In this document: positions 12,841 through 26,075 of the stretch, piece by piece
Position numbering within the stretch: the stretch's first letter is position 1
How the letters are laid out: every line of letters starts with the position of its first letter
Origin: Octopus vulgaris
Taxonomy: Eukaryota
NCBI GenBank assembly: GCA_951406725.2
Contig: OX597826.1
Coordinates: 81,840,001 to 81,904,000, forward strand
Length of the DNA: 64,000 bases
Direction: 5' to 3'
Position numbers and translations under genes: made by a program
The notes under the pieces: model-generated
What the model saw: the letters and a program-made list of their open reading frames with translations, nothing else
Told to the model about the DNA's origin: nothing
The model's database searches: none

Positions 12841-12956
12841 CGTTGTAAATTAACTGGTTTCTGTCAGTAAATATACTGTAATACTGTATATTTGTATTGT
12901 ACTGTAATAATGTACTGGTGTATATTAATGAGCCAAAGCGGAGCATCTCTGTGCCC
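12841..12956 (-). CDS. Candidate linker exon of the CUB gene (phase 2-1)
   Basis: Acceptor poly-T gaag|, donor AACG|gtatga, 116 nt. Open frame GTEMLRFGSLIYTSTLLQYNTNIQYYSIFTDRNQLIYN. Its phases bridge the 18454 and 11943 exons exactly. No recognisable domain, and the composition is AT-rich. Confidence 0.4.
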
Positions 12957-15900
12957 CTTCAAAAAAAAAAAGGTTAAACTTATACTGTATATTGTAACTG
13001 TCAAAAGACAGTCCTGTTAGATAAGCATTGAACATAGACAACCTCTATCATATATATATACACGAGTTCAGCAAAATTTAGATTCAGATGAATATGGTAC
13101 TTAAGTCAAAGGCACCAGAATTTGGTATGGTATTATCCATATAAATCAATTGGTGTGATTATAATCAAAATAAGCAACAAGTATATCCGAGGTAATGTGG
13201 TACATGAAACGATTGTACCACATTACCTCGGATATACTTGTTGCTTATTTTGATTATATATATATATTTATCAAATGGGTGTGTTATAAAACTATTCCGC
13301 ACATACAATAACAGCTATACTAACAATCCAACATACGTCTATTATCAGCTGCCCCACGGATGTCACTATGCTTTCGACACCTGATAAATAGGAAATAGTG
13401 GCACAACAAGGTACCGATTTTTGATGGAAATAGCAATCGATAATCACTCGACGCTAGGTAAAGCTGCATTGAATGTAGAGAGGCAAAGATGTGTGCAGGC
13501 GGCGAAAATAAAAAAAAATTCGTCTCACCTCTTGGAAGAACGCCAGAGAAATGGACAACGTGGATTGCGTATATTGCGGGGGCTGAGATATCTTCGTAGA
13601 TATCCTGTTATGGCTCTTTGTCTAAACTTTCCCTGAATTATTTTCAACTTAACGCAGTGTAAATATAAACCCGAGTCAGTCTATTGCCAATGTGTGTATA
13701 TTGGCGAAAATTACGAGTAATTGACGGGCTTGGAGCTCTCCGACTCCTCGCTGTTTTTAGGTTTGAAACATCGCCAGGGGCAGGTTTTAACTTATTTCCC
13801 TTCGCTCTATTATTGACAGTCGTATCCGTTATCATTTTAGCGACACACTTCATTTGACATTTACCACATATTTGTTGTCTCCTTCGAAAAATCTTGCAAG
13901 AAACAGGATGTTGTTTTAACGAGAACATTCACTTAAGATGTACAAATTTCATTTCAAACAAGAGAGATATTCGTTATTAAATTATAAAATGGTTGTCGTT
14001 TCCAATCATAAAGAATATAAATACAATTTCATAAGTTATATTTGTTTCTTTCCATTCCTGTGGTTGTATATGGACGCATGTTTTCTTCGAAAATTGATCA
14101 AAGCTGAAAATACAAATAACCTTTTCTGTCAGGTTTTCGTTAGCAATGTTAATGATTCTAGTATAAATTTCTGTACAATTCTAAAAGAAGCAAATTATCC
14201 TCAGAACAAAGGATCACACACACGTATACTCACATAAGCACACACACATACACATACACACATACACAACCCGCGCGCTCACACACGTACAGGCATGTAT
14301 ATTCAGATTCATACGTATTCTTGGAGGCTGGTTGGCTGCCCATAACTTGTCCCTTAAACTGTTGTTACTAGTGGACGACTACAGAAGGGACATTTGCAAG
14401 GGAGGCATTCTGCAGAGCGAATAATTCAAGGAAGAATGAGTTGATGCCGTGGTTAGTTTGGTGGTTATGCTTGGACATATTACGTGAGGCAAGAAGCGGA
14501 GACGTTCGTAGGTTCTGAAGTTGTTTAATACAAATGACAAGATATCCTGTTGTGGATCTTCGTCTAAACCTTCCCTGAATTATTTCCAGATGTAAAAGAC
14601 CTAAAGCCACTGTAAGAGCATTCGAAATATCAGCCACAACACAGCAGACGCATGTGAACAAGAAGTAGAAGTGTGTTTGCTAATGTTTTGTGTCAATCAA
14701 CTTTTTTCTTGATGAAGATTTTATTGTGTGTAGCGGAAAACTCCCAGATACTTGAACGCAGAGATTTTTGTTTTGGGATGTGGTTGAAATATTTTCTGAG
14801 TTTGAAGGGGAAGCTTTGCCATTGGGATGTACTCTTTGACCTTCTATGATGTGCAATCGCTAGAGAAAACCGTCAGTGAAAGCGAAGCACGGGATTTCAA
14901 GGGATCCTGCTGCGTCTATTTGCGTGCATTTCTTTTACTTTTGAAAGAAGGCGACGGAGATTGATAAATGTTTGTTTATGAGCTGTGATTGTTCTTATGG
15001 TAGTCATAGCGATTAGATTGGTATGAATGATACCTTTGAAAATGGTTTTTAATCCGGATTTAGATTTAGCTGTGTCTAAGCGGTCCATGGATGACACAAG
15101 TTCGAGAAAAGTTATGGAGAGCAGAAAGACGGTGTCAGCGTTATTGAAAGTGATGACAAATATGGCATTGACGGGTAGAAGGAAGGGCACTAGAGGCGCA
15201 AAATCTTAACTAAAAATGTAAAACATTCAATGGCTACGAATTACAAAGGATAAAAGAAACTTCGTATGGAATACTCTGAATTCTTGGGTTTGTGTATTAA
15301 TAATATACGAGAAAATAGAAAAAAAAATTTAAGAATCGTTGATCAGAATAAATCATTTTTGGAGAAACATCCGACATTGAAAATATAACCCAAAATATTA
15401 TTTTAAGTAAAAGACGAAATCATTAACACAATTTCTGTTCAGTGCCAAATTAACCAAAGAAACAGTGAAAAACTGCAAGTACCATGCTTGTTGAATTTGT
15501 ATTATAATTCAAGTTGACACTTATGAATTTAAATCGGGTAAAATATTTGTTTGAAGGAATAACAATACTTTAGCAAGTGGAAATTCTATTTAACTTTATC
15601 TAAAAGGTATAATGAAGGTGATATAAATGAAACGGAATAAATTGTTGGGAGAGCCGAATTACTGTAGACCGTCAATAAATGTGAAGAACACAGGAGCAGA
15701 TAAATTCTCTTGAGTAAAAGGTGAGATTCATGGGATGCATGTAAATTTTCAAAATAACAAGATTTCCGAATCTACTGAAAATATTACACAAAATTTAGAA
15801 TCTAAAATGTATTTATTAAAAATTCCCTGCGTTTAAACTGAATCGATGCTGAAATAATTGTTGAAAAAATGTAATTAAAATCCGCCAATTAATTTCCATT

Positions 15901-16213
15901 AAGAAACTTGTGAAATGGCCTGGCAAAATACAGAGCAACTGTAGGAATTTAAGAGCATTTTCGACATAATTCCTTGCGCGCATAAACATGGATATACATA
16001 TAGGAAAAGGGACACACACACACACACGTATATATAGATACTCATACATATACCTTCACTTCATACATGCACACAAACAAATGTGCGCGCGCGCACACTC
16101 ACACGCACGCAGACATATATATATATATATATACGTGTACACACACATCTTTGATATCTCGAATACTTCATTCCCTACGGCTGTTTCGACATACCCACAT
16201 ATGTTCACAAGCA

Positions 16214-16214
<1 letters not shown>

Positions 16215-16248
<34 letters not shown>

Positions 16249-16650
16249 TCTTTCAATTTTGTTTCTATTTCTTGCCGTGTGTCCTCCTAAGACATGGGGC
16301 AAAGAAACTCATTGTAGGCCATCAAAATAAACACACCAGATTGATAATTTACAAAGTCGTATGATAGAAAAAAAAAGGGGGGGGAGAAAGACAGAGAGAA
16401 AAAGGAAAAAAGAAAAAGTAAACAAAAAAAATAAAGGGGGAAAGAGAAAGAAAATTCACAGCGATAAATACTCTTCTCAACGCGTGTGACCAGTTACCAG
16501 GTAAGATAACCTTTTGCCCTTCCTGCATGGATTGTAGGCCAGGGATCATCCTCAAAGCATTTTCGGTTTTTTTTTGACCACTCCAAGTGCTCCTACAATC
16601 ATTGGTATCGTAACCGTCTTGAGATGCCTCATTTTTTTTCGATTTCAATT
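16215..16650 (-). mobile_element. Dong/R4-clade LINE 3' end with (TAA)n tail
   Basis: Minus strand: EIEK..HLKTVTIPMIVGALGVVKK..ENALRMIPGLQSMQE.QKVIL (RLE C-terminus), then 3' UTR and (AAT)n. Confidence 0.75.
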
Positions 16651-18453
16651 AGACAATCTTTTAGAATATCATTTGCTCTCATCATTCATTACCGCCAATA
16701 AGAATCCATGTGCAGGATCACGCACGCTCAACATTGAGGTAACAAACTATTCGAGTTGAAGTTATTATTACAAATTCAACCCAGAAATCTCTCGGTGGTT
16801 CTCTTGTGCGTCATCACAGAAACGAAGCTGTATGCATATACACACATGTTTAAGTGTGAATATACTACATATGCACAGATATAGGCATACATATGAAGTA
16901 CACACGCACACATGTACACTCTCATACACACACACGTATTTCTACACACATACTATGTTACATGCATATATAACATTCACTGAAATACATTGTACATGCA
17001 CGCATGTGTGTGTGTGTGTTTGTGCGTGTGCAAGTGTACTTGAGAGAACTTGTTAATAGATGAAGCGAGCAAAGCGCAAAACCAGATTAATGCAATTCTT
17101 AGGCGCCTGACTAGATGTGCCAGGATCGTAGAAAAGAACTGTCAGCACATTTGATTATTTAATGTTTTTAACAGAGTTTCATGTCAGAAGCAGATGGAAA
17201 ACAACTTAACATGAGCAAAAAAATTGTTTATTTAACATAATTCTTCTATCAAATCACTAATAATAAGTTAACCAAAAGAAGAAGAAGAAAATACTTGGTT
17301 CAGCAAAGTATTTCATGTGTTGGATGTTCATCCTTTTAAACTAAATAGCATAACAATGCCGAGTGGAAATTTCTACATCTTAAAAGCTAATTTCTACGTA
17401 TAAGTAATGAAAAGAAAGCATATTTATTATATGCTGACCGGTAGCAAATATGATCCAGTCCATCTATTACTTAAATCTATGTTGACAGCAAGTCTACAGC
17501 TATAGAAATCCATTTTAATAGAGACTCAAAATGATATTAAGTATATACCTGAGAGACATTATGATGCACGAATTAATAGAATTCTGTGATTTTTTACATC
17601 GTTATTTATAGCTATTCGATGCATTATAAAAGTACAGAAATGGACTGGTGTTTCTTGTTTAGAATTTAATATTTTTCATGAATCCCGATAATTCAAGTAA
17701 CTGGTTTCTAACTCCTGACTTTTCCCGGCGTCAGACAAACAACAGATGAATCTATTATGTTAACAAGGTTGGTGTTTGTTGTAATGATTTAATTCTAGGT
17801 TGGTCCTTATAGAGCAGATCTATTACAAAGGTGCGCCAGACTTGACTATTCCGTCTTTTATGAAAACATCCTAACTCTAAGACAACAGCATTCAAAATGT
17901 ACTTCGCGTTTCTTCACACGTCAGTGTTCGGAAGAGACTTTAGCTGCTATATTTAAGCAGTTTGAGCAACCTCACAAAGATTCTATCGTTAGTTCTGAGA
18001 CAATGTGCAATTATTTACCACCCAGTTTAGCATAGCTATTAATATTGAAGCCCTCTATAACTGTGTTATATATATATATATGTTCGTCTCTTCAAATCGT
18101 ACAGGTGTTATATTTAGCATTCGGCCCTTGGCTACACATTTGTGGGAGAAGCGGACAATCGACTGAATCTAATTAAAATATTTCTGAAATATTTACTTTA
18201 GCGATATTGAAGAAATAAAAAAGTAACGCCATTGTGACACACAGGAATCTAAGTGTATGGTTGCACTAATTCCACCAACTTTGATCTAACAGTAAATAAT
18301 TTTTCTCGTATCATTTCTGAATTATAACCGATCATGATTTGAGGAAATATAATCGAATCATTTAATTCTTTAAATGCACAACATTGTGTTGTATTTCCCC
18401 GTCTAATGCATTTCCCCTTTTCCAGCATAAATTCTTGTTTCTTTAACCATTAC

Positions 18454-18533
18454 CTTTCATGTGAACTGAGCGCCAGTTGACTTAATGAAGTGAGACAAAT
18501 TATATTTTTAATTAGCATAAAGATAAAAATCAT
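18454..18533 (-). CDS. Candidate start exon with a signal-peptide-like N-terminus (exon 18454-18552)
   Basis: Acceptor tctctgatttttcag| at 18552, donor GAAAG|gtaatg. An in-frame TGA precedes the ATG at 18533. Encodes MIFIFMLIKNIICLTSLSQLALSSHE, ending in phase 2. Confidence 0.5.
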
Positions 18534-20004
18534 TTGTGCTAAAATAATTCATCTGAAAAATCAGAGACAACGACTGAAACATTTAAACTGATTGGAAATC
18601 GATTAGCAGCATGCACATGGAACTGGGTCTGTTCGTTAATAAGTACAAAGACAACTTGGAGATTTATTATTTCGGTGTTATTATCTATCTTCAGTGTAGC
18701 AGACTTTTGTGTCTCCCTTAACAATGTTAAAAAAATTAATCTAAAATATTTGTTTGCTTTGATTAATGAAGAAGTGGAGAATTATTCGTGGAATCGATAA
18801 CCTTTCCCAGTCTAGTAAGATTGATGCGGTGAATATTAATTATAAGTCGATGAATGGAAGATAAGACACTGCGGGAGACGAGATGTGTCTTTTTGTTTTT
18901 TCATGGTTTTGTTTAGAGGAATAGGTTGCATATGTAGCCGTAAACAGGCCAGCTGGAGTCGGCAAGATTCATGCCGCGGATTCAAGGGGCTTAAAATAAT
19001 AAACAAAAGGCATTCAGCTACAGTTTATATGATCGTTTGTGAAATGCTTTCATCTCAAAGATATTTTATCTCTTTTCGCGGATTCACGCTGCATCTGACG
19101 TCGTAACTGTTCATTGTAAGGTGCAAGGTTTCCCTGTGTTTATTGAAACCATCATACAGTAAACGAATTTTGATGTGTAGAATTAGTTTTAGGCCGCAAG
19201 GGCAGAGATTAAAATGCAGCACTTATGACCAATTAAATGTTCAGAATTGGTGGCGAGAGAATGACTGCAGGAAGCCGTTTGTGTATTCCGTCGTTGAATG
19301 GCGGAATTTATGTTTATGTCTAGAGTTTCATGAATACCTGAATTTGGTAAACGGTAAAATAATGAAGAAAAACAGTAAACAGAAGGAACCAAGTAGAATC
19401 CGATAAGTAATGTGTGTAGCATCAAATATGTAAGACAAGTTTGCAAAGTGGAATCAATTATTTTGACATAAGACAGAGAAGATGATGAAAGGTTTTATGG
19501 CAGAGTTTTGCCATAAACGAAATGGGTTCAACTTATGCCGAACATTTAACCTCTTCCTCCTCAGAGCAAAACACTTGATTCGACTTATATACCGGGGATT
19601 TTCGGAATTTTTGAAGGAAACTGAAATATTCATAATATCTTTCTAAATAGAGAGGAGAAGTATAATTGCAGGTGTAACTAAAGGTATATAATTGCTCTAA
19701 CTAAATGATTCCTTTATTTCTAATGATGAAACTGTAAAATTCCAGGTTTGACTATCAACTATTTTCCCTGGTAAACTTTGTCCCAGAAAATCCTTGGATA
19801 ATCCTTGGATGTGCTTCAATTTTGAGGAAAATAGAATGGAATTGGAGAGATTTGTTTACTTTTTTTTTCTTTGCTGTTTATTCCTTGTTTAGTTAACTAG
19901 AAATGGTAAATAGTTAACAAACGATAAACTTCAAAAACCTCAAACCTGAGATAAAACCTGAAGCGTGAAGAGCGAACCCTCTCTCCCTCTTTATATATCT
20001 TGTA

Positions 20005-20214
20005 TCTTTTATCGTCTGCTTGTCGCTGTGATTAGTTGCGGCCAAGCTGGAGCGCTGCCTTGAATTTTTAGTTAAATGAATCGACTCCAGTACTTATTTT
20101 TAAAACCTGGTATTTATTCTATTAGTCTCTTTTGCCAAACCACTAAGTTACAGGAATGCAAACACACCAGCACTGGTCGGCAAGAGGTGGGGGGTTAAAC
20201 ACAGACACAAAAAC

Positions 20215-20218
<4 letters not shown>
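20005..20218 (-). mobile_element. SINE family A, 3' half
   Basis: Matches the 3' part of 46244-46666 (ctaagttac.ggaa.gcaaacacaccagca; gcggcca.gctggagc). Confidence 0.75.
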
Positions 20219-20253
<35 letters not shown>

Positions 20254-20472
20254 CATATATACGCATACATATATACGTATATATATATATATATATATGT
20301 ATACATATCTATGCACATATATATATATATATACACACATATAAATATATACGCACACACATATATATATGCACATACATATATACACGCACACACATAT
20401 ATATATGCACATACATATGCACACGCACACATATATATACATATCTATATATATGCACATACATATATATAT

Positions 20473-20520
<48 letters not shown>

Positions 20521-20536
20521 ACACATACACACACAT

Positions 20537-20570
<34 letters not shown>

Positions 20571-20900
20571 ACACATACATATATATATGCACATACATAT
20601 ATATATACATACACATATACATACACACACACATACATATATATATATACACATATATACACACACACATACATATATATACACATATATACACATTCAT
20701 ATATATACACACATACATATATATACACACATATATATACACACAGACACATATATATATACACAAATATATACACACATATATATATATATATATACAC
20801 AAATATATACACATATATATATATATATATAAACACATATATACATGTACACAGAGACGCACATATACACACACACACATATATATATATACACACATAT
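20219..20900. repeat. ~680-bp compound (TA)/(CA) microsatellite
   Basis: Direct reading. It generates many spurious Y/I/H/T-rich ORFs. Confidence 0.95.
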
Positions 20901-21366
20901 ATTAATAGAAATGGCAAGATAACAAAAGAACGAAAGAAACATCGATATTACGTAAATAGAGGAATTTATCTGTAAATATAATGTGTGATAATTATTCGCT
21001 AGCCATGATAAAACTCCGAGGAGCTATTAGAATGACCGCTAAGTAAGCGGAAGAAAAAATATATATATACCCGTGTATGCAACTATGTATTTTTTTTTGT
21101 GAATATGTGGGTGAGCATGTGTGCTTCAAGTGAGGATGGATGAGTATAAACATATAGGCGCATGTACGTGGGTGTGTGGGTGCGCATGTGTATGTATGGA
21201 CATGCGCGCTTAGGCGATTACTATGAACATTTTTACTCCCTTACCTTTACTCCCTTCCCTTACTTAGCGGTCATTCTAATAGCTCCTTTGTCTTGATAAC
21301 GGTCAATCACACAATAATTTCCCTTTGTTTTAACGGTCATTTTCATGGCATGTTTTTCGATGGCCC

Positions 21367-21427
21367 GATAACTGAAGAGATGCCGGCGTGGGTTTCCGGC
21401 ACGACATCCGAAACTCGGAATGTTATC
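21367..21427 (+). ncRNA. Hammerhead ribozyme motif in a mini-element (21259-21463)
   Basis: GATAA-CTGAAGA-GATG-CCGG..CCGG..CATC-C-GAAA-CTCGGA(ATG)-TTATC. The sister copy at ~21003-21020 preserves the intact stem III and cleavage site, CTCGGAG-TT-TTATC. Confidence 0.6.
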
Positions 21428-21501
21428 ATGGCTACCGAATAATTGTCACATATTATATTTACACACAAACATACGCACAATACACACATGCACACACACA
21501 C

Positions 21502-21574
<73 letters not shown>

Positions 21575-21813
21575 GAGAGAGAGAGAGAGAGATCAGTTTC
21601 CAAAGTAATTCCTGGACATCAATTCATATCTAGAAGTTTTGTTTCATACAGAGAAATTGATGGGAAAATAAGCGATAAAAATATAACACTAAGGTGAGAT
21701 TTGTTTACCAATATTAAATATTTATATGAATCGCGAAAGAGTTTTTCATGAATATAACTTTTCATTTGACATACACACATCTGTGAGTGAATGTGACGTG
21801 TGCGTATATATAA

Positions 21814-21853
<40 letters not shown>

Positions 21854-21884
21854 TTCGTTTCACTTCTCCAAGTAAGTTTTTATT

Positions 21885-22233
21885 TATATATATATATGTA
21901 TGCATTTGTACATATAATTATATATATATATATATATATGTATGCATTTGTATATATAATTATATATATATATGTATACATTTGTATATATAATTATATA
22001 TATATACGTACACATTTGTATATATAATTATATATATATATGTACACATTTGTATATATAATTATATATATATATGTATACATTTGTATATATAATTATA
22101 TATATATATGTATACATTTGTATATATAATTTTATATATATATGTATACATTTGTATATATAATTTTATATATATATATGTATGTATTTGTATATACAAT
22201 TTTATATATATATATGTATGTATTTGTATATAC

Positions 22234-22270
<37 letters not shown>
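21885..22270. repeat. AT-rich minisatellite with ~30-34 bp unit, tatgtatacatttgtatatataattata(ta)n, about 11 copies
   Basis: Direct reading. Confidence 0.9.
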
Positions 22271-22273
<3 letters not shown>

Positions 22274-22537
22274 GCTCACAAATACGTATATATATACTAA
22301 GTAATTAAGGGTTTAGCAACGATTTGCCTCACCACACACCGAATTTAGAAAGTAGAAAGAATAGCCAAACTCCTTTGACTGCTATTTCTAAATTCGGTGT
22401 GTGGTGAGGCAAATCGTTGCTAAACCCTTAATTACTTAGTATTACTTAAACATTCCTTGAATGGGGCTTTTACATGCCGAACTCTACTTGGTGAAATTAA
22501 TGATTATTCCAAATTAATTAATTTCACCCTTTATTAT

Positions 22538-22576
<39 letters not shown>

Positions 22577-23424
22577 ATGTATTTACATGTATACGTACAT
22601 ATATATGTGTGCCTGCGTGTGTTGGGGAGTGGATGCATATGTGAAACCCATCCCACGAAAAACGGTGATGTAGATGCTCATGAGTTTTGACATGGACTGT
22701 GAAACTTAATATTTGATATTGACCAAAGGTAGTGTAGTACAATCGTTTCATGCTACTTCATTTTATTTAACCCTGTAAGTATTACATCAGTTTTAAAATG
22801 TCGAGCAATCTTCAGCCACATATAGAATTTTATTAATTAAATGGACAATGTACATTTTTATACTTATTTCATTTGTCAACATTACAAAGAGGGTAGATAT
22901 ATTGATATATATAGCATACCAAATTATGGTGCCTTTAACTTAAGTACCATATTCAGCTGAATCTAAATTTTGCTGAACTTTATATATATATATATATATA
23001 TTTCTTTTTTCAAATATTCTACAGCATATGTGTGTACGTGCTGAACCAAATAACAATATAATGTTGCTATCCAAATAATACCAAATCGGAAACGAGAAAC
23101 TTATATCGAGATTAGAGATATTGAAAGAAATTCTGTTTCTTCATTTTGACACTTTAGAAGAGAAGATAAGGATTCTTGAAGAAAGATGAAACTAGTTGGC
23201 TGGATCCGCATTTCAATCTGTCAAAGTCACTTTGCTTCACACACACATGAGTGTCATACTGTTTATGTTTAACCTCTCGATCGTTATTTATTCATGACCA
23301 CAAAGAATTATGTGATTCTGCGCACACAAACGTACGCCAGACAGAAAGAGAGAGAGAGTAAGAGAGTGGAGGAGGAAGGGGGGCACATGCATCTGTATAA
23401 TCTATGTGTGTGTGTGTACCTCTA

Positions 23425-23471
<47 letters not shown>

Positions 23472-24584
23472 GCCCGTCTCTGTGTGAATGTCTGTATGTG
23501 CGTGCGTTGCATTTCAAGCAAGGCTAAATATTAATAAAAGTGATGTTGGTATCGTTTAACACCAGATCAATCCTAAGTAGAGAGAGCAAAGATCTTTGGT
23601 GTTACGACCTGGTCATTCTATTATTCTTTTGGCTACGATTACATAATTCCATGAATGGATCTCTCCGCGTTTTAGACGTCAGGGTGTAATTCGACGGAGA
23701 ATTGAGTAATAATTTCAGCACTTCATGCGACCAATTCAAAGTTTGCTCTGTCAAATAACTTATATATTCAGCTGACTGGTAACTTTGATAATGCATTGAC
23801 CCTTGATTATTTAGTTCTGTTCTTTCTCAAATTAAACCATCCTAATTTATATAGCATTACGATGAGTTCCTCTCTTGCCACAACTTTGCCGTATTAATAC
23901 GGAATGAGTTTAGATATTCCACACGCGTAGTTTCCGTAAATTATTCATCGAACAGCAGAACGTATCCGTCTTGATTCGATATATAAATGATAATTGACTC
24001 AGAGGAAATGAGGAAATACATTAGCAAAAGCAAACTTTCTATCAGGCAAATAAGAGCTAACTAATGTCAATTTATACGTCGCACTTGTTGCTTCCTAACT
24101 AGCTTAGCAGTGAGCTCTGTGTTTACTAATTAGGAATAAATATCTTAATATTGCGTGTGCGATGTTACTAAGCATGTATATAACTCACCAGACGTACCCT
24201 TGAAAGCGTAAAAGTATTTGATATGCTGCAAACATCGCGAGGCGAAATTCGATTTTAAAACATTCGTGATGCCTTTTTGTAATACAGCAGTAGACACACT
24301 CGCCTGTGCAGCGGTGGTCACTGCTGGTTTTCTGGCTTCTTTAAGCATTAATCATTTTCTTTTCTTCAATATGATTGTGTGGCATTAAATTTGCTTTTAC
24401 GTATGCATGATTATATAAGAATACTATATTCACACACGTAATGCTCTGCATGCGAACAACAATAAATATTTACTTGGGAAACGAGACAATAACAGCAGGG
24501 AGTAATCTTTTATTCAGATCAAATGTTGGTGTATACGATAGATACAAGTAGGATGACCTTTCTTTAGCAAATGTTTATTGTTCT

Positions 24585-24750
24585 CGGGGCCGGCCCGAAG
24601 GTTGCTGGCGCCCCGGGCAAGATGAACTTCGGCGTGTACAAGCTGACGGTCGTGGAAATTTCCTTGTCTTTGTCACGCTGTCCTTAGCGCCCCCTAGCAC
24701 ATGTCGCCCCGGGGGACTGCCCGACTTGCTGGTATCTTCAGAAGGCCCTG
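24585..24750. mobile_element. hAT-type MITE
   Basis: Termini CGGGGCCGGCCC...AGGCCCTG (CAGGGCC-type TIR). 8-bp TSD ATTGTTCT (24577-24584) / ATTATTCT (24751-24758). Confidence 0.8.
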
Positions 24751-24873
24751 ATTATTCTACCATTTAACATGCAGGACAGTGCATTTAAGTTTATTATCCT
24801 TACGTATAATATACACACAGAAACAAATTTAATATGAACTATATATATATATATATATATATGCATGTGCATA

Positions 24874-24977
24874 TACGAGGGTATGAAAAGTCTTGAGCCT
24901 CAAAAAACCAAAACATGATACAAGACTTCAAGGTTAAAAGGCCTTGAAGGCTCAAAACTTTTCATACGCTCCTCGTA
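24874..24977. mobile_element. Tc1/mariner-type MITE (~100 bp)
   Basis: TACGAGGGTATGAAAAGTCTTGAGCCT ... AGGCTCAAAACTTTTCATACGCTCCTCGTA: mariner-like TIRs with TA at both ends. Confidence 0.8.
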
Positions 24978-25011
24978 TATGTGTATACACACACACACAC
25001 ACATATATATG

Positions 25012-25217
25012 ATATCTGGCACTCCATCGGTTACGATGACGAGGGTTCCAGTTGATCCGATCAACGGAACAGCCTGCTTGTGAAATTAACATGCAAGTGG
25101 CTGAGTACTCCACAGACATGCGTACCGTTAACGTAGTTCTCGGAGAAGGTTCAACGTGAAACAGAATGTGACATGGCTGGCCCCTTTGGAGTATTTGTAC
25201 AACTCATTTTTGCCAGT
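25012..25217 (-). mobile_element. SINE 3' portion (family related to 38331 and 56276)
   Basis: Its end, actcatttttgccag, is the reverse complement of the tggcaaaaatgagt core in the 38331 SINE. The body gggttccagttgatccgatcaacggaacagcc is a repeat I recognise from octopods. Confidence 0.65.
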
Positions 25218-25699
25218 TTTTGCTGATTATGAAACGAGAAAGATGAGTAAAGTTGGAAGCCGGTGTAAGGTGAAGAGCAAGGACTTGCCCACCACTGCAG
25301 ACCCACCAACGGGAGGGTGTTACGGTTCAGGGTAGAAACTCTCAGTGGCCGTTGGATACCTTCTGATAACATCGGTTCTTCTTGCCCAAAGCTCACTTTG
25401 GTCAGTGGACAAGAAGCATCTTCTCGGTGCTATTAATAACAGTTGTAATAATGAAGTCAAACCAGACGCTGATATTTTAAAACGGCTCATAGCGATTCCT
25501 ATTAATACATTTATATTAATACAAATATTCAGTGAAATATAAATTAGTTTGTCTGATATGCAGATTGAGAGAAGAGTTGACATCGTTAATTAATTAATTA
25601 ATTAATAGAAAGTCTACATAGTAAGTATACTTTTTGTACCTTTTTTTAAAAGCGACAGCCTCGATTCATGGCAACAGGCAGGAATTTGAAAGCATACAC

Positions 25700-26075
<376 letters not shown>

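Noticed and set aside
20143-20942. Long ORFs (up to 251 aa) rich in Y/I/C/V/H/T, here and near 1150, 25700, 39400, 45800-47250 and 59300
   Set aside because: They are translations of (TA)n, (CA)n and (TG)n microsatellites, which lack stop codons in several frames.
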